Positions 51,660 to 64,000 of a stretch of 64,000 nt of DNA are shown in pieces. The stretch is from the human T2T-CHM13v2.0 reference genome, Homo sapiens. The DNA is taken from the NCBI RefSeq assembly GCF_009914755.1, contig NC_060935.1. One strand, 5' to 3'. The notes under the pieces are model-generated. The model was not told the origin of the DNA. It saw nothing but the letters and a program-made list of their open reading frames with translations, and did no database searches. Position numbers and translations under genes: made by a program. Numbering within the stretch: the stretch's first letter is position 1; each line of letters opens with the position of its first letter.

Positions 51660-52697
51660 TGTCTCCTGTGGTTTCCTATCACCGCCATAGTTACCGCAAA
51701 GTAAGAAGCTTAAAACACCAATACCTCACAGTCCCACAGTCAAGGACTGGGCAGGTCTCACTCAAGGGGTGCCCTGGTCTAGAATCAAGGTGTGCTCCTC
51801 CTGGAGGCTCCAGGGGAGGACCTGTGGCCGCCTGCATCCCGTGGCCTGGGGTCTCCACCTTCGCAGCCAGGAGCGTGGGTGGAGCCTCCTCACAGCTGTG
51901 TCCTGCGCATCCCAACCTGCGTCCAGCTTCCACGATGAAGGCCTCGTGCTCTCACTGGGCCCAGACCATCTCTGCCTCTCAAGGTCAGCTGATTGCCTTA
52001 ATCCCATCGCTGCTTTCATTCCCCTTTGCTGCTGGGTGGCACGTTCACTTCCATGGGACTAGATGTGGACATCACCAGTGGTAAGGGATGTCTCAGGCCG
52101 AACGCAGTACCCTCCCACTCCCGCTGCTTCACACCCATCCCACGTGCAAATGCATCCCTCCCCTCACGGCCCCAACAGTCTCCACCAAACACAGCACCCA
52201 GTCCAGTCCCAAACCTCACGTACAGCTCATCAGCTCACAAGTCGCAAATCGCACCCTCTAAGCTACCCCGATCAGGTATGGGTGACACTCTGGGCATTCC
52301 ACCCTGGGGCAGTTTCCTCTCCATCTGTGGACCCCGAAAGCTAGAAAACCAGTTACCTGCTCCCAAAATACGACCAGAGAACAGACGCGGAATGCCAGTC
52401 ACAGACACTCCTGTTTTCAAGGAAAGTTTGGCTGGGTGTGACGGTCCAGCACTTTGGGAGGCTGAGACAGAAAGGATCACCTGAGTCCAGGGGTTCAAGA
52501 CCAGCCTGGGTAGTGAAACTTCAACTCTACAAAATATTTCAAAATCAGCCGGGCGTGGTGGCTCGCACCTGTGGTGCTGGCTACTCAGGAGTCTGAAGGG
52601 GGAGGATCCCTTGAGCCCGGAAGTCTGAGGCTGCAGTGAGCTAGGATTACCCAGCACTCCAGTTTGGGTGACGGTGAAACCCAGTCATTTATATGTG

Positions 52698-52745
<48 letters not shown>

Positions 52746-54095
52746 ACACACAGAGAAAGCTGCAAGGTGCTTGTGTCGCTGCTCCCAAGAAATCCAAAAT
52801 CCAGCTGGGTACACTTCCTCCGTCCCAGCAAGGCCTGGGAACTCCTTCTGTGGGTCCCAACTCTGCCTCTGTGCTGACACCTCCACCCTCAGGGCCATGC
52901 TCTCTATTTATGAAACGTAGCAAGTGTTTGCAGCTGAACAGTTTAGTCTGCTTCCTGCCTGCTGATTTTTGGGGCTCAAGAGCCTTTCATCACATCCCCT
53001 CTGCCTCAGTCCAAGCCAGCTGAGTTTCTGATGGTTTAAGAGCCTCTCGTGGTTCCCACAGGGCTTCACCGGATCCGTAAGACCCAAGGCTCGTCCACAG
53101 ACCCAAGGCTCGTCCACAGACCTCCCACAGCGGTCCCTGCTTTGAGCATCTGCTTGGGTGACCCGGGGCATCCACCAGCCACAGGCTCGCCCTCCTCCAG
53201 GAGCTCTTGGTGTGGCCGTTACTCTGAGCACACATTCCTGACAGTGAATCTCCTGACATCAGCATCTTCAGCTGAGAATTCCCGATGGCAGGGTGCTCAC
53301 CCCTCTGCTAATGTCCTTCTCTCACTTAGTGGCCAACCTGAGCAGCGCAAGGGGCCCAGGCTGACCACCCGCGAGTGCTGCCCGCACGTGGCAACGGGAC
53401 AGAGTGCAGCTGCACCTCTGCCCCCATGGACGGGGCTCTCCCTGGCTCCCGTTCTTTCCTTTCCCTCTGAGCTCCCACCTGCACCTTTAACCCCACATGT
53501 CCGAGGACGGGCGGGTCAGAGGGGCTCTGACTCTTCTCAGAGCCCAGGCTGGTTCCTCCGAGCCCCTCGAGCCCCGCTCGCCTCCATCCTTCTACCACCT
53601 GTTTAACAACATCACGGGCTTTTTCTATCACCCTCAAAATTCTTTCAGCCCAATTCCAAAGCCACTTCCACCTTTCTAGGTATTTGCTACAGCAGTGCCT
53701 CATGCCTAGAACCAAAATCTGCCTTCATCTCCTGTTGCTGCAGTTGCCATGAACTTCGTGGCTGGAGGCAAAATGAACTTACCTCAAACGGACCTCACCG
53801 GGCTAGTCTGCAGGGCCAGTTCTTTCTGGGTGCCTTCCTTTCCCAGCTTCTAGGAGCTGCCTGCACTGCTGACTCAGGCCCTTCCCACGCCGCGCTGTCT
53901 TCCTCCGCTGCCTCCCTGCTCAGTGCCCTTGGCTCTCCTGACAACACTGGGCCCATCCAGATAACCTCCCCTTCCTCAGGTCAGTGACCGGGAACCTGAT
54001 TCCATCTGCAGCTTCCATCCTGCTGTGCTATCTAAGGAGACAGTCTCTTAGGATTAGGACACGGATCTCTTTTGGAGACCATCATTCTGCCTTTC
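51660..54095 (-). mobile_element. MLT1-family MaLR element, LTR-internal-LTR
   Basis: Two related LTR-like blocks (about 51660-52100 and 53718-54095) flank MLT-int-like sequence (ATCAGGTATGGGTGACACTCTGGG...; CCAATTCCAAAGCCACTTCCAC..TAGGTATTTG). Confidence 0.65.
52430..52686 (+). mobile_element. Old Alu (AluJ-like) nested in the MLT1 internal region, followed by (CA)n at 52700-52742
   Basis: GGCTGGGTGTG...CAGCACTTTGGGAGGCTGAG...GAGGATCCCTTGAGCCCGG...GGCTGCAGTGAGC. Confidence 0.85.
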
Positions 54096-55910
54096 AGAAC
54101 ACAGACCATAGATAGAGACTTAGTGAGCCATGGCTGCAGCTGGGGGCGAGGCTGAGCCCTCAACACTGAGACCCCCCTCAGTGTACAGGCCTCCTGTTCA
54201 CGGAGGGAAACGGAGGCAGAGGCAGGAAGGCTTGACCAGGACTCCAGGTCTTACAGCAAGAACCCATCCCAGTGGAGGACAGCGCAGGAGAGGGACAGGT
54301 CCACCAGACAATGGCCTAGCAGCAGGCGCCCCCAACGCCCAGCGCCAGCCCTCATCCCAGGCACCCTTCCCAAAGGAACTCATGCCCGCGACTCCCACGT
54401 GCCCTGGGGACCCTGCAGCTGCATCCTGAGTGTGAGACCGGCACGAATGCGCGCCCTGGACACCTCCTAAGGCCGTCCCACGGGCTCCACACACGCTCCA
54501 TCTGAGGCTGCCTTGGAGGCTCTGGCTGGAATCCCGGTGTCCTCCTAGCCCCTTCAGCCCCAGTGGAGCTGGCCCCCAGCCCCCTGTGCCCTACAGCACT
54601 CTCAGTCCAATCTTCCACCCAGCCTCCGCTCGGCAGCCAGGCCCCAGGTTCGCCAGCACACAGTGACCCAGGCTGTGTGCCAGGCTGGCTCCCTGTGGCC
54701 TCAGCCAGGAGCTCCCTGCACACCCTAGACGGGGCCTCAGCCAGAGGGTGGCCCCACCAGGCCACCCGCCCCTGTTCTTGCCCTCCCTCGCCGGGGGACC
54801 TCCTTGCTACCTAGGCCAGCGCCGGTCCCTGCCTCAGGTTCCTACGCTCAGCCCCTTCAGTCAAGTTCTGTGGGTGTCCTGGGGCCTCCACTCTGGGGGT
54901 CCACGCAGAGCATCAGAAGACAAGGGTGGGTGGCACCCAGCAGGCCTCTCTCTGGGAACTGGGTTTGGCTCCAGGCACTGACTCACCATGCAGCCCAGGG
55001 TCACGGAGTCAGTGCGGGCCCTCGTGGGGAGGTGGCGGACCAGGCGGTGAAGGCCTTAGGGTACGCGTGGATGTCGGAGGAGACGCCCCCAGCTGACTCC
55101 AGACATGTTCTGAGAAGCCCAGAGGCTGTCAGCTCTCGGGGTGGGAGGCAGAGACAGGGCAGGGGAAGGGCCTCTGACCTGCAGCTCGATCCCTGGGAAA
55201 GCCAAGAAGGGGCCTGTTGGCCACAGGTGCATCATGCAGGCTGAGCCCGAGGCCAGGGGAGCACCACGACCTGGGCAGGCCCCCCTAGCTAAGGGGGATG
55301 GGGGGGGGCGGACTGCCCGAGGTCACTGTGCAGCAGGCGCCATCGGCAGGAGCCCACAGTCCTGAAGTCTGAACCAACTAGGCCCTGACCCTGGAAGCCC
55401 TCTCTTCCCGCTTCTCAGCCCACTCAGGTCCTGATAAGCTCCAGGCTTCAGCTTAGGGCCCCTCTCCCTGCAGCACGTGCCCACCCACTCCCAGGCTGAG
55501 GACACAAACCTGCTTGCCCCTGGGCCACGCTGTCCCGGCCAGGAATGGCCCCTGCGGCAGAGCCACTGTTTCAGGCTGGCCCAGAGCCCTTCGGAGAAGA
55601 TGTCTCCAGCTTACTGCAGCCACATTTGAGGGTCCCCGCCACCAGCACGGGGAGAGGCAGGGGGCTGAGGCAGCTGGGAAGAGCGAGTGACACAGGGTAT
55701 GTGCTGCCCCCACGGCACCTGCAGGCTGGCTGTGGACCCTCGCAGGCAGTGAGGGGCGAGTCTGCTCCAACCCCCACTCTCGGGGCAGCCTCCGGGGTGC
55801 CTGCTCCTGGGGCTGCCCACCAAGCAAGTGGCCGGGATGCCCACAGTGTGGGGGGGGGGCGGTCACCGAGACGCTGAGACGTACACAGGCTCTGACCTGA
55901 GAGAATTCTT

Positions 55911-55916
55911 TTTATT
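55911..55916 (-). terminator. MOB2: MOB2 poly(A) signal AATAAA
   Basis: TTTATT on the + strand, about 700 nt downstream of the MOB2 stop. Confidence 0.85.
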
Positions 55917-56607
55917 ACGAGTGAACAGATGAACTAAGGTAAGCGGGTCTCAGCCTTCCGCTGGTGCAGCATCTCCACGCAGGGCCTCAGCCCCGTCCTG
56001 GCCTTGCCTGAGGACTGCACCATGGGTGTTCCTTGGGCATGGAGGAGGCAGCAGGAAGGGGTGACAGGAGCAGGAGCAGGTGCAGGGCACCTCACACCAC
56101 AGGCCTCCCCCACCTCTGAGCTGCCAACAGCCAAGACTCCTGGCGAGGCCGGGAGAGGAGGGGTGAGAGGGAAGGAGGGTCTCTGTGAAAGCAAGCCCCA
56201 CCCCCAGAGCAGAGCAGAGACCCAGGTCTGCAAATCACACCCTCCCCCCACGAGTTCCTCCTTTGAGGCCAGCAGCACCCGAGGGAGGGCAGGGGCTGCA
56301 CAGAGACCAGAGAAAGGAAAACCCCACAGAAGAAAACTCAAAGCATCAGTCCCATGCGTGTCTGCTGAACGAGTGAATGGGCCCAAAGGCTCTTCTCTAC
56401 AAACGGCACGCATCCATCCGACAGGGGGCCACAGGACACGGCCGGGGCCGTCTGCGTCTGTGCCTGTGCAGCCCACACCAGTGCAGCCCGGGGCCCTCTC
56501 AGACCTCACCACACGCGTGCCCAGCACATGTGTGCACACGCAGATGCAGGAGAGAACACACACCACCGTCTCTTTGCACACGTGTGCCCCTGTCCGGCCC
56601 GGGGGGC

Positions 56608-56924
56608 TCATCTCTCCTTCACGTGGTTCTGTGCTCCCGGGCCCCCGCTGCCGGCCCCATCCCCACTGCCCCCACTGTGGACCCCGCCGGCCCCGCTGCA
56701 TAGCACCTCGGTGAGGTCGTCCATGATGGCGGTCTCTTTGGGGTCCAGCAGGTTGAACTCCCGAGCAAAGAGGATGAAGTGGACGTAGAGCGTGTTCAAG
56801 TGTCCGTGCAGCTCCAGGGCCAGCGTCTCCTTGAAGTGGGCCCAGTAGATGTGTGCCAGCACGTGGAACAGGTGTCTGCAGATCTTCCTCACCAGGGACT
56901 CAAAGGAGCTGGGGAATTCTCTGC
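56608..56924 (-). CDS. MOB2: MOB2 last coding exon (GREFPSSFESLVRKICRHLFHVLAHIYWAHFKETLALELHGHLNTLYVHFILFAREFNLLDPKETAIMDDLTEVLCSG...VKER*)
   Basis: ccccag|GC on the minus strand; MOB-family C-terminus with the Zn-binding His residues (HIYWAH); 317 nt. Confidence 0.97.
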
Positions 56925-57730
56925 CTGGGGAAGGCCACCGTGTCACAAGCTGCAGACATCCCTTGGCCCCAACAGAGGCCAGGCCCCTGGCACCCAGCCT
57001 GGTGGGTCTGGTACCTGCCACCCACACCTTGACCCTGCCACCCTCAGGGCCTACAAAGCCCCAGCAGCAACAGCTTCTGCCCATCAGCAGGCACCACAGG
57101 GACTTGCCAACCCCGGGTCTGGGCTGCTGAGACCTCCCTGCGTGCTCAGGCTCCGGAGGCTGCACCTGCCCTGAGGGCTGGGAGCTCGTTGGGCCATCCT
57201 GGCCACCTCCTCAGGAAGGGGCCTGTGATCGGGCACTCGGGCCCCCGTGGTGTCTCCCTGATGGACACTTGGGGCCATCTCCCGGGCCAGGACGGAGGTG
57301 GCGATGGTGGCACAGGCCTCTCCTGTTGTCCCCTGCCGTCCCTCTGGCAGCACGGGAGTGGCGTGGAGCCCCACCACATCCCACCAAAATCTGGACACAG
57401 GCTTGGCGGCTGATACCCAGCCCAAGTGCCCACAAGCTGGACGGTGAGAGCAGCATGAGCGGCAGAAACCAAGAGGGGCCCAGTGCAGCCGCATGGCCCA
57501 GAGGGCCAGGGAGATGGCCCTTGGCCCTGGCTGGGCTGACCCCTGCCCAAGGGCTCCGGCCTCACCCCACAGCCCAGGTGGCTCCATGCTAAGCAGGGAC
57601 TGGGGTGGTGCAGCTGCCGCCCTCCGTGCCTCTGCCCCTCCCGGCACAGGGGCTTGGTCACTTGCAGACACGTCCTGAATGCTCCCTGCCCCACTGTGAG
57701 GATGACCGCCCAGTGCTGGGGGAGACGAAC

Positions 57731-57855
57731 CGTATTTTGTGGGGAACACGTCCTCATCCGTCACCAGCTTCTGCACGGAGCTCATGACGAAGTCAACGTA
57801 CTGTGGGGCCGTGCACTTGACCTTCTTCCCCCGCTCGTCATACCAGTAGTACTGT
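57731..57855 (-). CDS. MOB2: MOB2 penultimate exon (QYYWYDERGKKVKCTAPQYVDFVMSSVQKLVTDEDVFPTKY)
   Basis: cacag|A...G|gttcgt on the minus strand; 125 nt; phase matches the last exon. Upstream exons lie beyond the window. Confidence 0.97.
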
Positions 57856-59239
57856 CTGTGGAGACAGAGACACGGTCAGGGCATGCGCCCGCTGCACACC
57901 CACCCAGCCACTGGGTCCCACCCGCTCAGGTCATCTGCGGGCAGAGGTGGCGCCAGCAGCGGAGGTGTGGCAGACCCAGGTGTCTCCCTCCCTGGACATG
58001 CACACTGTCCCCACACACTGTCTGCGGGGACCACACTGCACTCTATGGAGGGGTCTGCCTGCGCTGACTTAGAACTACGCCAGGATCACGCTGGGGAGCC
58101 TGCCAGCCACATGGCTGTACAGGTGTGTGATTAAATGAAGGGGTCATCTTCGTTTTCTCCGCTTCTACATGGCTTCAGTTGTATTCGTTTACACAAGTGG
58201 GTGCTGCTGTTTTTCTGTTGTATTTTGAAAGCACACAGAGGCTCCTTCTCTTCCCAGGAAGCTGTGCTGTGGCTCGCCGGCCAGGCCCCACCCTTTGGGA
58301 GAGCCCTGCTCTGACTGCTAGAAGCCAAGCCCCTCTCCGGGGAAAGCAGAGGAGGGCGGTGGTCTCTGTGGGTACCTGCGGCTAACAGCCTGGCCAGGAC
58401 AGGGACCTGGCCCCCTCTTGCCCCTGTACACAAGGGCGGCCAGTCCTCATGTGAGACTCGTGGCCCCAGAGCAGGCTGGAGCATCCTAGGGACATGGACA
58501 CCCTGGGTTTGCCTCTTACTGTTGGGTCCAGCCATGACAAGGGTGTGCTCTAGTTCATGTTAATATAAGGTGACCCCCAGCCCCTAACACCCCTCCTCCC
58601 CCAGCACAACACCAAGACCCAGGGCACCCACCTGGCAGCCACCACCCCTCTCCCCCTGCCACGGTGCTGGGTCTCAGTCCTCCAAGGCCATGCCCACAGC
58701 GGCCGCCCCCGCAGGCCTGAACCAGGGCATGCTGGGGCCGATGCCGCAGCCCCACCCACAGGCAGTGGAGAGTGCTGTGGTGGGAGTGCTCACACCTGAG
58801 ACACAGCCAACACTGTGGGTCGGGATTTCCTCCCTGAGAGCCAGCTCCCAGCTCACCACAGGTGGGAATGGGCCACACAGCACAGAGCAGTACTGGCCAC
58901 TGAGCAAACGCCCCCTCCACACCATGGCCACAACCACCATCGCCTCCACTGCCCCAGCTAGACCAACGGGCAGTCTGCCAGTACCAGGCTCCACATGAAC
59001 CGCTCCCACCCTCCTCATCCAGTCACGGTTCCTCTTGGAATGGCCCTGGGTGGAGCAGTGCTGAAAAGGATGGACCCAGGCTCCACTCTGGAGGCCACTC
59101 TTCTCTTGGCCAGCTCCAAGCATCGTGCCCTGGGTTCCAGAGCCCACCAAGGCACCTGGGGAGACGCCCCAAGGGCTGAGACAGGGCCACGGGGGGCTCG
59201 CCCACTTTCTGCGCAGCCAGAGAAGCCATCCTCCCAGCT

Positions 59240-59365
59240 GGGCACAGGGCCTCCAGCGTCTCCGGGCACAGGGCCTCCAGCGTCTCCGGGCACAGGGCCT
59301 CCAGCGTCTCCGGGCACAGGGCCTCCAGCATCTCTGGGCACAGGGCCTCCAGCGTCTCTGGGCAC
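59240..59365. repeat. 24-bp tandem repeat, 5 copies (GGGCACAGGGCCTCCAGCGTCTCY)
   Basis: Direct periodicity. Confidence 0.9.
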
Positions 59366-61070
59366 CCCTCTGCTGTGTCCAAGAAGCCCCTCAGCCTGTG
59401 CACTGCAGATCCCGGGGGGAGTCACCAGAGTTACCAAGAAGCTAGAGGATGACACTGCAAGCCCTGCATGCTGGCACCCTGCCCTCTGCAACAGAAACAG
59501 CCATCAGGCCACCTCCCAGCACCACCAGGGCCCTAGGACAACCCCCTCCCAGCACCCACCTCCAGAATGCAAACCAGGAGCTCTCATGTGTGCCCTGTGC
59601 GGGGCTGACTCAGCCCACCCGAAGGGGAAGTGCAGCCCCAAAATGGACAGGCCATGAGGACGGGGATGCAGTGCCCACACCTGCCTCTCAGGTGCTGTCC
59701 TCCCCCTGGGACAGCTCTGCATGACCTTCACGCCCACCTTCCCAGGCTGCAGGCCTCACCGTGGGCATCGCCACCAGGCTGTCAGACCCTCTGAGAATGC
59801 AGAGACAACAGTCCTTTCAGCATCTGCTCCTCGAGAATGATGCAGAGGACGCACGTATCCCCACTGTCCTGGGGTTCCCAGATGGTGTAGGGGAGGCCCA
59901 GCCCCTAAGGGCCAGGCTGAGGCCCATGTTTCCAGGGCGAGGACCCAGCCAGGATGGCTCAGCACTCTGCAGGAGTCAGACACTGGCTCCAGGGACCCTG
60001 ACACCGCAAGCTGACATCTGATGCACCTGGCCACAGGTGTGCGACAGGTCTCAAAACAGTGGAGGTTAGAGACGGAAACCCTTTTCCACAATGCAAACCC
60101 AGAGAAAGCAGTAACTCAGGGACACTGTGGATTGTCCCATCTGTTCTGAAAGATGGAACACCACTGTTTCCTGTACTTCTTCAATTATCAGTAAACCGTT
60201 TCTGGTATATAGTTCTAAGATTTTTATCCACATGTGGACTCACGCATTCATAACCACAATCAGGACACGCGGCGGCTTACGTGGCCCCTCACACCCGTGC
60301 TGCTGTGCCCCCAGCACCCCGGGGATGGCTCCTCAGGGATGGGCCGCGGGAAGGAATCGCACCGCGCGGATCCTCCCGATCTGGGCCCCTCTTGCACGGA
60401 GGCCCCTGGGATGCAGTCACGTGGCAGACGTGTCGAAGTCCACGGCTCCTCACTGCCCAGACACTGCCCCTGCAGAGATGGACATGGCGTGCTCATCTAT
60501 TCACCTGTGTCCCTGCCAGCAGAACAGAGTCCCAGGTGGCCACATCCTGGCCAGCACCAGTGTCCCGACCGGCATGTGGGCAGGTGGACATGGGTCTGCC
60601 CATGGTTTCGGCTTGCCTTTCTCTAATTGCTAACAACACAGGATAGCCCCAGCTGCCATCCTTACACCCTCTTTGGCAAACTGTCTGCTCATTTCTTTTG
60701 CTGACAGTTAACTGGACTGTTTTGTTTTCTTACTGCTGAGTTGTGTATGTTCTTTATGTATTCTGGATATCAGTCCTTTGTGGGATGTGTGATTTGCAAA
60801 TGTTTTCTCTCCCAGCCTGGAGTTTGTCTTCTTTCTCTTAAAAGTGTCTTGAAGCAAAAGTTCTGAATTTTGCTGCCTAGTGTCAGGTCATAAGGATTTC
60901 CTATGGTTTCTTCCAAAAGCTTTGGAGTTTTAGATGTTTGCACGAGGCATGAGGGATAGGTCAGCGTTTGGTTTTTGACACAAATGACTGCTTTTCCCAG
61001 CAGCATTTTTGAACAGACTACCCTTTCTCCCTTGAATTTATTTTGCTCTTTGTCAAAACTCTGATGGCCC

Positions 61071-61248
61071 CGTTTGTGTGGGTCTATCTCCGGACTCTCC
61101 ATCCACACGTTTGTGTGGGGCTGTCTCCGGACTCTCCATCCACACGTTTGTGTGGGTCTATCTCCGGACTCTCCATCCACACGTTTGTGTGGGGCTGTCT
61201 CCGGACTCTCCGTCCACACGTTTGTGTGGGGCTATCTCTGGACTCTAC
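61071..61248. repeat. 37-bp minisatellite, about 5 copies, derived from L1 sequence
   Basis: CGTTTGTGTGGGKCTRTCTCCGGACTCTCCATCCACA repeated. Confidence 0.9.
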
Positions 61249-61799
61249 TGTGTTCCATGGAGCTCTGTATCCATTCCTTCAACACTGCACACTGTCTTAA
61301 TTACTAGAGTTTCACAGTAAGTCTCAAAAGTGTGAGATTCCTCTTATTTTTTCAAAATCATTGTAGCTATTTCAGTTAATTTGTCCCTCCATATAAATTT
61401 TAGAACTAACTGGTCTATACTTGAACTCTGCTGGGATTTGGATTGAGACTGCACTAAATCAACAGATCAGTTTGGGGGAGAATTTGTGTTTGGAGTCATC
61501 TTCCAGGTGATAAACGCAGTGCGTCTCTCCATTTATGTAGACCTTCGATTTTCTGTAACAGCATTTCGTAGTTTCCAGGGTGCAGATCCTGGGAATGTCT
61601 TGTTAAGTTTATAACTAAGGATCGCATTATTTTTGGAGCTATTATAAATGGCATGTTAAATATTAATTTCAGTTTTAAATTTCACATTGCTAATATACAG
61701 ACCTATGACTGATTTGTGCGTGTTGACCTCACTAAATTTATATTATTATTTGCTACAATCCTTGAGGTTTTCCCAATCACACATGTGTGCACAGGGATA

Positions 61800-62705
61800 C
61801 AGCAATCCCCCCCATCCACAGGGGATGCACTGCAAGACCCCCAGGGGATGCCTGAAGCCACAGAGAGCACCAAACCCTATATATGCTGCGCTTTCTCCTA
61901 TACATACATTACTAAAATAAAGACAGGCAGACTTGATTGATTGACTGAGATAGGGTCTCGCTGTGTTGCTAAGTTAGTCTCGAACTCCTGAAGTGATCCA
62001 CCGCCTCAGCCTCCTGAGTAGCCAGGATTACAGGTGTGAGCCACCACACCCAGTGTAATTCATAAACTGAGGACAATCAGTTGCAGTGAGTGGCTGGGGT
62101 CGCATATCAGGGGGTCCCTTGCTGGCCTCCTGCAGGCTCAATGGCAACACGCTGCTGCTCCCATCCTCTCACCTCCTCCACCCACAGATCCAAGTACTCA
62201 ACACGCACTGTGGCTGTCACTTTTGCAATTTCAGATGTAACAGCGAAATTAAAGGGACTTTTTTTCCCTTTTTCACAATTTCATAAAGAAGAGATTTGTT
62301 CTTACCTTAGATCTTAGCAACCTCACACACAATCTGTTTCTTTCTAGTCAGGAACTTTCACCTTTTCATCTTTAGGTCAAGGAAGTGCTTTCTGTCTTCT
62401 CTTTGGCATATCTGAATTGCCAGCATCACGCTCTTGCGCTTTGGGCCGCCTCACGTCACATAAGAGCAACCTGAGCACGAGCACCCTGGCACTGCGGCAG
62501 TGGATCCACACGGGGGCCGAGGCACAGCTGGGCCGAGGGAGGAGGAGGCACACCTGGAGCAGGACGGTGGAGACCGCATCACACTGCTCAGAACAGCATG
62601 CAGTTGAAAACTTATTAACTGTTTATTTCGGGAATTTTCCATTAACTATTTTCAGACCATAGTTGACTGTGGGTAACGGAAACTGTAGATAAGGGGGGCT
62701 TATTG
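61800..62705 (-). mobile_element. Tigger7/MER44-like DNA transposon nested in L1, containing an Alu/FLAM fragment (61946-62053, minus)
   Basis: Terminal inverted repeats CAGCAATCCCCCCATCCACAG ... CTGTAGATAAGGGGGGCTTATTG; CAAGACCCCCAGGGGATGCCTGAA. Confidence 0.7.
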
Positions 62706-63889
62706 TTTTATTTCTTTTCCAATTTGGATGCCTTTTATTCTTTCTTCTTACCTTATGGCACTGCCTATCTTAGGCGAGTTCTGATATACTGCGCTTTCCA
62801 AAGAGTTGGTCCATTTAACCCAAGCCATAGAATTCATGTGCACAGAGGGTTTTTTTCCAATACTTCCTTATTATCCTTTTAACATCCACTGGGTCTACAG
62901 TGATACTCCTCTTTACATCCACAGGGTTTAGTGACACTCACTCCTTTTTATTGATCATTGCATCTTCTCTCTTATCTTTGTACCTACTAAAGGCTTACCA
63001 ATTTATTACCTTTCCAAGTCATCACATTTTGATTTCACTCATTTCCCCTATTGTTTTAAAAATCAATCTCAGTGCTTTCTGTTCTTATTTACTTTCTTGT
63101 CCTTGATTTTGACTTATTTTGCTCTTTTTCTAGTTTAAGTTGGAAACGTAGATTACTGAAAGTCATCTTCTTTTTCTAAGAAAGCATTAATCCTATAAAT
63201 CCCCTCTAGGCACTGCTTGAGTTATGTCTCACAAATTCTGACATGCTGTATTTTCCTGTGTACAGTTTGTTAAAGTTTTTTTGTTGAGGCATCCTCTCGG
63301 ACCCATGGACTACTCAGAATTGTATTAGTCTGCAAGTGTTTGGAGACTTTCCTGTTCTCTGTTACTGATTTCTAATTTAACCCCACCATGGTCAGAAAAC
63401 TTACTTCGTATGGTTTTGATTTTTTAAAATTTGTTAAGGGCTCTTTTGTGACAGGTATGCTCCATCTTGGTGGCTAATCTTTGTGAAGTTGAAAAGATGG
63501 GTGTTCTGCTGTTGAGGCTGCAGTGCATGTGTCATTTCAATCCAACCCACGGGTGGGGTCATCGGGCTCCGTGCTCTCGCTGACTGTCTATGAGGCTCCA
63601 TCACTGAGGGGAGGGCTGCAATCCCCGGCGATCATGTGATTTCTACACAGGCCGTCCGTTTGCTTTGTGTGGAAAGCCCTGTTGTCTGGCGCACACACAT
63701 TTATGGCAGGATTTCTTCAAGAGCTGCTCCTTTTCTAATTAGATAACCTTCTTATTCCTGGTCACTTCCTTCCTCGGAGTCTCCTTTGGCACTGACATAG
63801 CCACTTCCGCTTCCTTCTGATGGGTGTTTTCTCAGCACATCTTGTCCTCTTACTTCTCACCCGCCTGCACCACAGCACCTAGAGTGGTG

Positions 63890-64000
63890 TGACACACAGG
63901 GTGCTTATGCCCCACATTCCTATGTTGAAAGCTTAACCCCAGACGCAAGGGTATCTGGAGATGGGGCCTTTGGGAGGCGATGAGGTTGCAAGGGTAGAAC
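63890..64000 (+). mobile_element. MLT1/MST-type LTR 5' part (truncated by window end)
   Basis: ATTCCTATGTTGAAAGCTTAACCCC...GGTATCTGGAGATGGGGCCTTTGGGAGG. Confidence 0.7.

Larger units (their letters stand above)
60600..63870 (-). mobile_element. Old L1M LINE ORF2 fragments (interrupted)
   Basis: AT-rich; minus-strand translation ESPEIDPHK..FDK...KTPKLLEETIG resembles the degenerate L1 ORF2p C-terminal region. Confidence 0.8.

Noticed and set aside
56925-57165. N-terminal extension of the MOB2 last-exon ORF
   Set aside because: MOB homology starts at the clear ccccag acceptor at 56924; the upstream part is intronic read-through with no supporting signals.

Overview
Human (primate) genomic DNA, GC-rich and minisatellite-dense, recognisable from its proteins as the BRSK2/MOB2 locus (11p15.5). 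The + strand carries most of BRSK2 intron 1 and coding exons 2-20 (SAD-A/BR serine-threonine kinase 2). Exon 1 is upstream of the window. The 19 exons I spliced by hand at GT-AG boundaries give one open frame of 2120 nt ending ...REQP*. There is also a 66-nt cassette exon, an alternative stop-containing exon (...SYESSL*), several alternative last-exon acceptors and a 3' UTR ending near 49,120. The - strand carries the last two coding exons and 3' UTR of MOB2, convergent with BRSK2 (about 6.8 kb between poly(A) signals). Repeats include Alus, MLT1/MaLR elements (one apparently complete LTR-int-LTR), MER20, Tigger7/MER44, old L1 fragments and more than 10 minisatellites, the largest a 6.6-kb array of about 140 x 47 bp. 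Most interesting observations: (1) a stop-free, in-frame 366-nt (122-aa, Pro-rich) upstream extension of exon 14, preceded by a 223-nt AG-exclusion zone, a distant branch point and two RBFOX motifs; (2) three REST/RE1-like sites, one with an expanded spacer; (3) an intron-4 VNTR in which most units carry NKX2- and ISL1-like motifs, next to a CCAAT/CRE/GC-box cluster; (4) an immunoglobulin-switch-like GGGCT/GAGCT array; (5) combinatorial C-termini including a class-I PDZ ligand. Almost all other entries in the ORF track are GC-rich or repeat-derived noise. Coordinates were counted by eye and no database searches were run.
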